A DNA stretch of 63,530 nt, the filler included, from Asterionella formosa (taxonomy: Eukaryota), in NCBI GenBank assembly GCA_002256025.1. It is 10 parts of 10 records of this genome, joined end to end, with 100 filler letters (N's around TTAATTAATTAA, not from the genome) between each part and the next. Parts side by side here need not be neighbours in the genome. Positions count along the whole stretch, not along the records: positions 1 to 25,211 come from NKIB01002041.1; positions 25,312 to 50,519 come from NKIB01002046.1; 8 more parts are not named here. One strand, written 5' to 3'. The notes under the pieces are model-generated. The model did not search any database. It had not been told where the DNA came from and saw only the letters and a list, made by a program, of their open reading frames with translations. Positions within the stretch are counted from its first letter, which is position 1. Each line of letters opens with the position of its first letter. The position numbers and the translations under genes are program-made. Below, in pieces: positions 23,293 through 35,286 of the stretch.

Positions 23293-25211
23293 GATGCTGG
23301 TACCAGGATTGATCGAGTAGATATACTTTTGAAGGCACAACACAAATTCAGATTTTTATCAAATAGTGTTTCTGCTATGCAATTATCTTCTCTCTAGCCG
23401 CCGCCTCGATATCAACATCCCTCCTATGATTTGATGTGCACATATATAATACCGGTTTATTTGCAAAAATACAATGCGAATGAATGGCCCAGCATGGCGC
23501 AACATTTTAATCGGACTGTTCCTATTATGTAAGCTGCCATGAACAAAAGTCGGGTACCTGGTACCAGGTACCAGTGCCGGTGAGTTAGTATTAGCAAAGC
23601 ACAGAATACAACATATGTTACTGCAGTACCGGGACGAGGTACCGGTAGTCTATTTGACCTGGTACCAACCAATCCGCCTGAGAAAAGAATACATTGCTCG
23701 TTGTGCATCGAGATACAGCACTTGGAACCTACACATGTTCAATACCTGAACCTTTTTCAACCTTCCTAGGACCATCATGATGAAAATTAACCACGCAGAG
23801 GAGTAGATTGTCCAAATTTTGACAATAAGCATTTGAGCATATGCGCTCCTTAAACAGCAGATACAATAAATTTACTATAATTGTTATAGTAGTAGTATGT
23901 AAAAGCTATCCAAAATCACACTCATGCCCAAAATGGACACAATTAGTACTGGTTTTATTCATCCATATGGTACATCAGGACCTGTCCTTTTGTCAGCTAC
24001 ACACCCTGGAACCCTATGGATTGCATGAAAAGGATACGGATACAATATAGTACTACTAGAGCTACTTGCTAGCTAGCTAGTAGTACAAATCTAATTAATT
24101 GGTGATGCTGATGGCGAGCGAAAATCAACAACAACAAGAAGAATATGTCGCTCATGGACAGGATACTTGCATTTAACCCTAACATTACACAACTAATGAT
24201 CTAACCACTTCTTTTCATTCAACTAGCTACTAGTATTAGTCGCTGTTGCACTGGTACTTCTCAAATGTTGTTGTGAAATCATACCTAGAAGCTTTGCTTG
24301 TAAATTGCTTCTGCTTTGACAAGACTGCTTATCAATCTTGACATTCATCCAATGCAATCTGCTTGCTCAGTGCTCAAAGTGACACACCGGAATTTATCAA
24401 CTCTAGTTCGTCCACAAACCTTCCACAATGTAGCGGCTGACAATGCTTGCTCACTTTCCTTGCACAAGAAGCTGTTTTATGATTGCCAACTTGTAAGAAC
24501 AATCCACTGATTTTGTCAACATGATAACAATGTTTTATAATTAGATTTTTATGTTTTATTCCAAATGATCCATTATATTGCTCAAAATCCGCCCTCTTAC
24601 CCATAAAGTAGCATCCAATGTGAGGGGCTTTTTCATGATCCCTTTTACTAAACTGTTGCAGCCTTTGGAGGCTTGTTGGCTTCAATATCTAAGTAAATAT
24701 GGAATAGTATGCCAGTAGTATTTCGAGTTGCACGGGAATCATAAATTTGTACATTTTGGTTGAACATCCTTGGGATATGAATGATCTCTGATCGAAAATC
24801 CGTCCTAAAAATTAGGTGCTCGGCATTCGCGGCAATTCTAATGTTCAACACAGAAATGGGGACGAGTGCAGTACTGTTTCTACATAATTCGAAACACAAT
24901 GATCCATGGTACCAGGGTACCTATGTAGTGTATACATAACAGGGAAGCATTTTGAAGCTGTGACTGGCTGGCTGTACATGAGAACTGCTCGTCAACCACG
25001 ACCGAAGGAAAAATCGCTCGACCCAACAACAGCGCTACCGGTACCGGTACAGAAAATCATCGTTCGTGCCATTTAATATACGAGAGGCTTCACATTCAAA
25101 TAATACAATCATGCCCCTGCCATGAAGAACAATGGAACAGTTGAACTGACAGTTGAACTGGAAGCAAACGACCATGAGGTTGCTGTACAAGAAGATTTAA
25201 ATTATGTCAAT

Positions 25212-25311
25212 NNNNNNNNNNNNNNNNNNNNNNNNNNNNNNNNNNNNNNNNNNNNTTAATTAATTAANNNNNNNNNNNNNNNNNNNNNNNNNNNNNNNNN
25301 NNNNNNNNNNN
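25212..25311. other. Artificial contig-joining linker (N run + TTAATTAATTAA + N run)
   Basis: 100-nt linker with stops in all six frames; identical linkers recur downstream. Confidence 0.97.
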
Positions 25312-25611
25312 GAACATACCTGGCCCAGTCAGACTTGTTGCGTCAGTTCCTGCGGCTTGCGAATAGTCAATAGCACGCATATTAGAGTTTGTGTCCGCGA
25401 ACGCTTGACATGATGAGAACCTTCCCATCTTTGCACTGTTAGTTTATGATTAGCCTTTCAAAAGTGTAATGGATTGCGCTGCTCGAAGAATTTCTGATTT
25501 CGGTGATCGTCGTTGTGATCAATCTTAAGAGTGAGCGATGGGTCATCAGGGCACCGCAGTGGATTGAATGCATTGAGTAATGCATTCAATGTAGTATGTA
25601 GTATGTACACC

Positions 25612-28337
25612 GGCAATCCCCACCCTAGCTAAATCGTCTTCATTTTCGATGAGAACTGTGGGTGTCTAAGTTATTCTTGGTACATCTAAGTAATTTATAT
25701 TTAGGGGCAATGAAGGGGCACAGTGTATTTTTCGGCAATTCCCGCTCATGCTATCGTCTTGCCATTCGGGTACTTTTAAGTAATTTTTAGCCTATAAGTA
25801 ATTTCTTAAGTAATTTTTATTTAGGGGCAATATGGGGCACATCGAATTTTTCGGCATCAAAATTGCCGATTTTAGCATGACAGCCAGAATAACGGTAAAT
25901 GTTGGTTTTTTCAATTGGTCAAAGAACACCATGGAGAAGAGAAAATTTTTGACCATCGAAAAATTCACACAAAAATGATTGTAACATAAGGATGTCAAAA
26001 AATTGATCATCATGTTTTTGCAATCATGATTGAATCATTAACAACAAAGGTAAGCAACGAGAAGATGATTCAAGTAGGGAGAGAGCGAAAGAAGAGAAAA
26101 GTAAAGGAATATAGATTGGGTGAGAAAACCATCAACAGAATTTTTTTTATCTTCAACGTCATCAAAAACTTACATTCTGTTTTTTGTTCACATCATCACA
26201 GAAATAGCCGGCTGGTGGTGGTAGTAGTAGACTGGTGGTGGTGGTTGACTGCTAGCCGGATGCGGCAGATGATAGTAGTATGCTTGAGGAGGAGGAGCAT
26301 GAGAGTAGTGCATTTGTTGTGGTGGCGCCGGCAGTGAATGAAAATATGGCTGCTGATAGGAATATGCAATGTTGTCGGGAGGGAGAGGGGGACCGGAATG
26401 GTAGATTGCTTGTTGTGGAGGCGGCGGTCCAGAACTGGTGTATATGTGTTGAGGTGTTTGAGGCGGAAGGGAGTAGTAGTGAACTGGAGCCAGAGCAGCC
26501 GCAGCAGGAGGTGCCGCAGTAGCAGACATCAAAACAACTTTACCATCAACAGTAGGATTATCAATTGGAGTTGAAATTCCAACAGATTTGTTCAAATCAG
26601 GAGGAACAAATGCAAAGTCGGAAGTATAAATTTTGGGAGTTTCAAGCTGGTCCTTGGCATCTTCAAACTTCTCAAAAACTGCAATCCTTGCTTGATGCTG
26701 CTGCATTTCCTTTGATGGGAACTGGTACCTGGCATTTATTTATTTATTTTTTCCGCTGATCCATGCCTGGAGTTATCAAGAATAATCTTTGTAGGTAATG
26801 CAACACTAGAGTTGACAAGTGAAGAAATCATACTCTTCCTCCTACCATGGGCAGTGCAACAAACAGCATTATCCATGCCTGAAGCTGTAGCTAAGTCAAC
26901 GCAAAGCCTAGTAGCATAGCCTTTACCAAAGTAGTCTCCCTTCTTGTGTCCTGCCTCGTATGTTAGCCCTAGCTTGCGTCGGTTCTTAGTACCAATTATA
27001 CGAGAAGCAATGTAGAAAGAGACGCACGTGAGTTAGAACATAGATATGCATATGCATAAAAAATCACCGGCACCTGATATCATCAGAACAAATGTATTGT
27101 AGAAATACATACCTTGAGCTCCTTCTCAGGAGCACGTCGCCGAAAGAACGGTTGGTTGCTAGTTACCATCTCGGGCGAACAGAGGTTATCCCGGTAGTGA
27201 TGTATGAGCTTCACTATGCATGTAGGGTTGCCAGTATCCTCGATCATGGTACGTTCCTGTAGACCTTGGTACTTCCGCTCAGTATGTTGCAACGTCAGGG
27301 CATTATTTTTTTCGACTTCACTTGGATGTAGCACGACAGTTCGTGGTCCGTCCAAGACACCGACTGTCACCTTGTTGAAAGTCAAATCGCACCTTTCAAT
27401 TGAACCTATAACACCGAACGCTTTGCCCACTTTCCATACCATGGACTTGAGGCAATCGTCATAATTCAGGTAAGGCTGCATCCATAGTGCTCGTAGCTTC
27501 CTGTCTCCTTCCTTTTGATTGAACTGCGAGGCCATGGGCTTGTGACCGTATTCCAATGGATGGTGCTTGGCAGCAATTGCCATATATTTTTTAAAGAAAG
27601 CTTGTATCTCACCCTTGCCATTAAAATCCTTCGACAGGGAGTACGGGATGCCTTGACGGGAGAAGCATCGGAAGAGATCTTTCAGCTTGGTTTGGGCAGT
27701 GTTCGGTTGGTACATTGCTGATGCGATGGCTTCGTCAGATGCACTTTCAAGGATGACGTGTGATTTTTTCTTAAAAAATTTGGTTGCGAACCAAAGCACA
27801 GCAGTATTGATGATGTCCTTGGTAGCGTTACGTCGTAAGCCACGACATAGTAGATAGAATCGACGGATTGGCTGGTTTCCGTTGTCGGGATCCTGATCCA
27901 TACAAGCAAGCGAGCCCAAGGTTGGATTTCCGACGAGAGTTTCAAAGAATCTGCTTTCGATGATGGTAAGTGCCTTGGTATACCTGCTTGTGTTGTGCAT
28001 CAGGTTCCTGATAACATCTGTTTGTGTAGCAGATCCAAAAACATCGTTGCTGGATCGAATGGCATTTGCATAGTCTTCAGCAGTTGCAACTGACTTTGGA
28101 TTCCGGGAATCACGGTGGCGATCATGAGCTCCAGCGGTAGGATCAACGACGGTAAAAGTTCTTTGGTAGTACTTCGTGTCAGAATCACATGCGCTCCTGT
28201 CGCTGCAATCAGAATCACGACAATCAACAGAGCTGGAGGCACCACTTGTACGGTCAACCTACTTGCACCACCCAGCCTCGAACACATGTATACTTGCAGG
28301 CATGAGACCATCTCGGGCGTGTATTGCCTTCAGCAGT
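25612..28337 (-). mobile_element. Crypton-like tyrosine-recombinase element
   Basis: Recombinase gene bracketed by the A-box (TGCTGAAGGCAATACACGCCCGAG on minus, ~28335) upstream and two T-boxes (GGCAATTCCCGCTC at 25734, GGCAATCCCCACCCTAGCTA at 25612) downstream; both ends recur elsewhere without the gene. Confidence 0.65.
26188..28000 (-). pseudogene. Degenerate tyrosine recombinase (Crypton/DUF3504-like) with Pro/Gln/Tyr-rich tail
   Basis: Exon 28000-27113, phase-0 GTATGT...TAAG intron 27112-26985, exon 2 encodes CTAHGRRK (HxxR) and SRHGSA; a frameshift in an AAAT run (~26735-26752) precedes ARYQ (catalytic Tyr), which is in frame with ORF 26188-26706. The expected first catalytic Arg position reads GVIGSIE. 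Confidence 0.75.
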
Positions 28338-28761
28338 CCAATTTTAGGTGTGAGCAGGGACCATCGAGAAACGTCAGGAGTTGAATTTTCATGGGAAAAA
28401 GATTAGGGATAAAAATCAAACAATAGATGCCACATCAAAAATGCATGGTGGACCACAGAACACCGGTATATGCATGAAAAATGATCACATAAGAATGATT
28501 GGTGCAACAAGCATCGAAAGATTTGAGATGAAGTTTTTTGTTAAAGTATCTAATTTACATTAATAGCTGCAAGCTTACTCATCCAAATATTTATATTGCT
28601 AGCTTTGGTGATAACTTGACTTGTCTTCCATTTTAAGACTCCAAACTGAAGTTGAAAACAGATTTCACACTTGACTTGTTATGAGCTAAAACTAAAACTC
28701 CAAACATGACCTTTCTCAGATTGTTGTCCATCGCAACAACTGTGGAAGAAGCCAGCGATTG

Positions 28762-29345
28762 AGCACTAAAACTTGCTGCCGAGATCTGATTTGAGATATT
28801 GCAGGACACGTAGAAAATGTACCAAAGCATTGTTGTTAAAATTTAATGGCTGGTCATATCTGACGAAAATACCTAAATTTTGGCGCCACTGCGGCGTGAC
28901 GAAGCAAGTGTCACCAAGAGTCGAATCATCCAACAACCAGTGCGCCACATCCATTTGTTGGAGAGTTGGTACTTGAGAAATAAATGATCAGAGTTTGTAT
29001 AGATCGGAGTCTGCTACAAGACAGCAGGGATGTAAATACTGGAATCGCCATCAACACATTACAGAAGTCATCATTTCGTGCCTTCACGTAGCTCATCCTA
29101 CTCTCTTCCAATTTCAGCTGTCGATTTTCCTTAAGTAAACGGCAGTCCATAGGGGGTCAATAGATGTCAGTAATCCATTTCCCTTAAATAAACGGCAGTC
29201 CATTTCGGCAGGCAAATCGAGGGGCTATTGAATTGAATATTTTGAACTTAGTTTGGCAGTCCAAAAACGGAGCACATGAAATACACAAAATATGTTTTAT
29301 ATGATGGGCAATTGTAGAATTGAGTGATCCAAAAACTGAACATAT
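28762..29345 (-). repeat. B arm of modular repeat, interrupted by the 29346-30970 insertion
   Basis: Matches 6337-6890 and 48850-49615; stops abruptly at ...AACATAT. Confidence 0.75.
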
Positions 29346-30970
29346 CCACTGAGAATAAATTTTCCATTAGATCAAACGTTTTACTCAGCAGTATGTGTCA
29401 AAAAAGTCATTGATTAAACGTAATTTTTGTTATATTGATAATAATTTTGATAAATCAACAACCTTTTCTGTGTGATCAATTAAATTTGTATCTCAGGTTA
29501 TAATCTTACTCACGTCAGGTTATGCATATATAAAACCTTGCTTATCATATGTTCCAAAACTTATTGATTAAGCAAAATTTTGTTATATTGATTGAATTTT
29601 TTAATTGATCAACAAATTCTGCACTTCGATTAATTAAATTTCTATCGAAGGTTATGACTTTACACAGATCACCTTACGTGTATGTAAACTTGTACCAGAC
29701 GGTTTCAGAATGAATGCTGTGCAAAAGTTCTTTCCTTGTCGCCATTCCGATTTGAACGCTCTACATGATTTGATGCATTTCATGTATTACCGGTAGAATT
29801 CGTCAATTCTCTCTCCATTTGCATACAGGTAATCGATACAAGGTAAGAAACCGCTCTTGATATGTTAATGCACAGCAATGCTGCAGAGGGTTTGTAGTGT
29901 CTGTGTGCATTGATTAGGATTTCACATTAATAATATCTTCCTCTTCCATACATTCAGATGTGAGAATTAACAATGATACCCTGTCACTTATAAGTCAACA
30001 GTGAGAGCAGAGGTAAGTTACTATACTGTATGCTCATTTATTGCTCATCATGTCTATTGGAACGCGAAGTTATATGGATTGTTTAGGTCATCATTTCGCT
30101 GGAGATGCTTTAGTCATTGCAGCACTTTTGCTAATATTGTTATTATCTCCTCAAAATGATACAGGAACATTGGAGAATGTGACTTGCTGCCATCCTTACT
30201 GGTAGCAACAATCAACCATGAGAACAGAGGTAAGTTAGCTATTTGCACATTGCCTGCTCATGTGTCAATTAGAGCACGGAATTATATGGATTGTTCATGC
30301 GATTGTTTCGTTGCACATATGTGGAGATGGCTTACTTGATGCAACACTTTTGCTAACATTGTTATTATCTCCTAAAGGAAGTGATACAATAACCTTGGAG
30401 AATGTGGCTGAGTTGCTGCCATAATCAATGGTAGAATTTTAAATAGAGCGTCATCAATTTCGCTTCATACTCTCTCATTTCATTTTAAATAAGCAATGAT
30501 CTAAAGAAACATGGCTACCGGAAGTGAAATTAAGGTATTGAAGACGATTGTGTGCTCATTTGGTAAGATTATGCACAGTGGAAAGTATGTGTTACCAGAA
30601 GTATAATAAAAAGAAATAAATAGCAGTCCATTGATTCGATTTGTGTTCATTATTGATCGAACATGATAATAGGTTTGATCGCAGGAATTCGTTAAATCAG
30701 TAGAAGTAAACGTTAGATCGAAAACTTAAATACAATTTGATCACAGCATTCCAAAGTGAGATCAATGAATAATTGATCTGATCAAACGATTTCTTTCTTT
30801 AGATCGTAAATCGAAAAATTAATTGATAGTAAGAATAAGAGTGCGGTATTGACCAGAAGCGTATCGTTCGTTCCATTAATCTGAAAATTAACTATACATG
30901 ATGCGTGTATAATAAAGGCAGGTTACTTATCGATGCAACATAGCCAATCGATTTGAAATTATATAATAAA
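29346..30970 (-). mobile_element. Internal-deletion derivative of the 35825-46537 TIR element
   Basis: 29346-29790 is revcomp-homologous to 45910-46537 and 29830-30970 to ~36020-37170; terminus AT|CCACTGAGAATA; the other terminus is missing. Confidence 0.75.
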
Positions 30971-30974
30971 CAGT

Positions 30975-31500
30975 AGTCCATAGGGGGGGGGGCAAGCAAC
31001 AGATATTGGTAATCTATTTCCCTTACATAAATGGCAGTCCATTTTGGCAGCAGGCAAATCTACTAGTGGTTATTGAAAACATCGAGGGCAGTTTGGCAGT
31101 CCAAAGACGGTGCAGATGAAATACACAAAATATGTTTTATTTGAAGGGCAATTGCAGGATTGAGTGATCCAAAAACTGAACATATGAAATATACAGTATA
31201 TGTTTTATATGAAAGGCAAAAGACTAGTTCGCATCCAACATACAAATTATCTAAAATAGGTTTTCAATAATAACTGAAAGGGCAATTTAGTGGCGAAAAG
31301 CGCGCTGATAGGCTGGTTGTGAATTGCCTAATTAAGACCCTAGTTGGGAGGAGTCTGTATATGGTACTCATAATTTTCTGTACGAGTTGGGAGGCACAAG
31401 TAGGTTGACCAAATGAGTGGCGCCCCCAAGCCTCGAACACAAGAATGATACTCGCAGGCAGAGTCTCCACCCTCGGTCATGTCTTCTTACCTTCAGTAGC
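30975..31500 (-). repeat. B arm end + T-box + A-box of modular repeat
   Basis: Matches 49420-49926; GTGAATTGCC ends at 31328. Confidence 0.75.
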
Positions 31501-33293
31501 ACTATGGTACCAGGAGGTACCATGGTACTCCGTACCATACAGAGTAACAGATTTATGCACAAATCTTGGGAAATACAATATAAATATTCCTTGCTCCTTG
31601 ATTTTTGATACTTCATTTTGTATTTTTTGCTATGGCCATGGAGCTGCCAGAAAATGAAGCAGATGCCAGTGCCATGGCGTCATCCTGTGACGAGGCCCTT
31701 GGAGTTCCTTGCTACTGCGAAGAGAATGTATGGCGATCAGCATTCAGAGAATTGCAGTTTCAACTAGAAAGTGGAATGAAAGGGGTATAATATAACGTTG
31801 TATTTGTTGTTGGTTGCCCCATCAATCAGCTTGCTGATAATATCAAGAGTTCATCTCATCAGAAAGTATGGCATCATCAAAAGGGAATTCTGGATAATAG
31901 GTTCTTGATGTTATGCTATAATGGTTGTCAAGAGGGGGCAGGTGAAGGTTCTACTTCTGGCACAAGCTTGTGAGGGTCAAGGATGCAAACCTAGTAGTAC
32001 TCTATAGATGTAGAAGTAATTCAAGCAGGATAAACCACAAATGTAGTCATAGTCATCAACAGAATATATGCAATCATATGTTTATTAAAGATAAGGTCAG
32101 GCCCATAAGCAACTAAATGATGAATGATTGTTGCTGTGTCTACAGTTATGGTGTGTTTAGATATTAAAGATTTACAAGCATGATTTTCGACTGTTCCCTC
32201 ATTCATGCCTTACATACAATTTAACTTGATAGCCATTAAATTGTTTGACCATCATGATTTCCTCACGCAGACAACAAAATATGGCAATACTGAGTAATAC
32301 AGTCATCATTGTTGGGCAAGAACGCGTTTCTTGGTCGTAACTGGTATTGATCTATAAAATAACGCTTTGTGCCTCGACTGACCCGTTAACTAGGAAGGAT
32401 TGCACAACGAGTGTCATGCAGTTACGCATTGCGTTTTTAGAAATGGATTCACGAACATCACTTTTTCGTCGGTATAAAACGTACAGCTGCATATTAATAA
32501 CTTTATCTCAAACCGTCATCAGGAGGATAAAATTGTCGCTCTGGCTTCTTTCAGGCGATGGAGCAATGTTCTCACATATGCCCAACAAAATGACTGCCGT
32601 CCTAAATATTTCATGCATCATCGAAAAAGCTTCTCAACGCCGCCCAATGCATACACATTCTTGTTATTCTTTCGTCCGGTATCAATATGTTAGAACTCGA
32701 GTACCTGGTACCAGGTGTACCTGGTAATTACTACCGGTATATGCAATATCAACTGCAGGTATCTTTATACGCACTAGCAGGTTCCAGGACATCGTTCGCC
32801 GGAAATTGCCTTATATATAAACCGTGATTTATAGCGAGTTGTGTCCCGCTTTGCATTTACCGGTAATTAAAATACCGGCGTACATACATATAAATATAGA
32901 TACATAACGCTATGGTACCGGTAGTCATCATGCCTGAATGAGAATACCAGTAGTCTACTTGCAATCGACATACCGGTAGTTGAACCCAGCAGCGCCCGAG
33001 TGATAAATAGCAAGTCGGTTGAAAAACATGTATGAACACAAAATTTGAAATTTTGTTGACTTATTTCATAACACAATTATACGAACGATCTTAGTGTCGT
33101 CGCTCACACGACTTCGGTATAGATAGGTACTTGATATTAGTTTCTAGTCTCAATAGTCCCACGAAATCTGCAGGTTTCGAACTGATTTCAGGGTAAGCAA
33201 AGGTGAAGAATCGACTAATACAGTGGCATCACTCAAAACCGGAATTACAACCATCGTTGGTATTTTGGCAAACACCAACCACAACATCAAAAG

Positions 33294-35286
33294 ATGAGGC
33301 GATCTCTGTTTGCTGTTTCATTTGCCGTCTCGATAGCATCAGAGTCGGCGCTTGCGACAGAGCGGAGGCACGAAGATCGAATGTCAAGACACAAATCAAT
33401 GTATTCATGGCGGTACGGGATTTCAGATAACATGCCACAATGGCGACAATGGATGAGTTATTGCCAAGAGAACCCTAATGATCCAACCTGCAGACACGAA
33501 AGTGACCCAATAGAAAAAGAAATTCTATGGAGAGGAATCAATGCTTCGATGCCAATACACCCAACAGATGTAACGAGAATGCCAGTAGCCCCAGCAGCAT
33601 CACAAGATAGTCCGTCGTACATGCTGATGCCGTCGCGGAGTCCCTCGTCGCCTTCAGAGGGCCCATCGAGAGGAGCAAGCAGCAGCCCCTCCAAAATAGC
33701 AACGAATTCAGGGATTCCTTCGCAAATGCCTTCACAGCCGAAGAATTTATCCCCGTCCGTGATGCCGTCAGCTCCATCACATCTTCCTTCTCAAGGAATT
33801 GCAGTAGAACCGACACTTGGCCCGACACTAATTGCATCTTCATCCCCATCGAGCACATCATCACCTCCCTCTCAAGGAGGTACACTAGAACCGTCAATTG
33901 GCCAAACATCACTTATACCTTCATCCCCACCGAGCACATCATCACCAAACGTCATCATTACTTCTTTTCCTTCTTCGTTATCTCCCACTGCTTCTCCTAG
34001 TAGTTTCCCAAATGGTCCAACGCAAATGCCTTCTCAAGGAATTGCACCGCCAAAAATGAACTACACATCATTCCCATCTCAGAGTCCTTCCGAATCTGGT
34101 GTTATTGTACCAAGCATTGGTCCCACATCAAAGCCCTCGTCAATGGCTCCACCAGAAGTAAACTACACACTGTTTCCATCGCAAAGTCCAACTTTGCCAT
34201 TGAATGCCACGAGGGAGCCAACGTCAATGCCTGCTTTGTCACCAATATCCTCACCTGGGTTATGTACACTAGACCAAAATGGAGACACCGGAGTAACGAC
34301 AAATATGGATGTGGTGGTAGTATATTACTACGAAATTGAATATGACCCATCCATTTTTGACCCAACTCAAAGAGATATGATTTTTCTCGTTGAAACAACT
34401 ACAGCTAAGGGACTGCTAAAGGGGCTGTTTGAAAGTGAGTGTGCTACAGCACAAGGAAGGCAAATTCAGGTTTACGCAATTAGACAACGCTGGCTACAAA
34501 ATCAATTTGGCGTTGTGGGTTTTAGCTCCCAGCCAAATGATACAGTGGTTCCAGGTGAGAGTGTTGTTCTACAATTTGTGAAGGTCATGATGCGTCATTT
34601 ATCTTACCATCTCATGTATGTCATCAACAGAGACTTGCTCAGGAGGTCTGAACAGTTCAACAAATGTCTGTGCCCTAATTGAAGGTGGAATCACTCTCTA
34701 TTTGAAAAATGGTTACAACAATACAGATGATCTTGAGTCAACAGCATTGGGAGCAATTGAAGCATACCTAAATAGTGGTGACTTGGAAGATTCTGTGCAA
34801 GGAGTTGTGAATGTTGTTTACATCAACGGATCTGCAATAGCACCCACAGAAAGTCCAACAAACAGCCCATCCACAGCCATGAACCCAACGCAAATACCTG
34901 GAGAGAAACCAACAAGTACACCAATTCCAGGAACTGTGCAACCGACTGAGCAACCCACTGCAAGCAAACTTCCAATTTATGCATATGTCATTTTGATTGG
35001 AATTTCCCCTCTCTTACTGTTTTCTGCCTTTTTGTATTTGCAACGAAAGCGTAAACGCGACGCCAACATAAATGAAGCTGGCGGATCTCAGGGGAGATCC
35101 CGATTGCACTTGATGTCAATCCCAACCCGTGACAGCGAGCATTCCACGTCAGTGCCGATGGAATCAGGAAGTGTAAGTCGGAGCTTGAGCCGAAGTGACA
35201 GTGGGTCATTCCAATCTCTAAAGGAGCGACGCATTCCTCATGGTGATGAAGAGCTGACATTGAGACCAACAGCATCGCTGACATAG
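33294..35286 (+). CDS. Pro/Ser/Thr-rich type I membrane (cell-surface) protein; 2 exons (33294-34554, 34631-35286)
   Basis: Signal-peptide-like N-terminus, PS/PT stalk, Cys-containing extracellular domain (YYYEIEY...GFSSQPND...C...C), GTGAG...ACAG 76-nt intron joining the two ORFs in frame, TM helix IYAYVILIGISPLLLFSAFLYL followed by QRKRKR. Confidence 0.8.

Noticed and set aside
17064..23320. Many short ORFs overlapping UTP10
   Set aside because: Alternative-frame or antisense by-products with no motifs.
25212..25311. TTAATTAATTAA palindrome recurring nine times
   Set aside because: Always centred in N runs; an artificial six-frame-stop linker.
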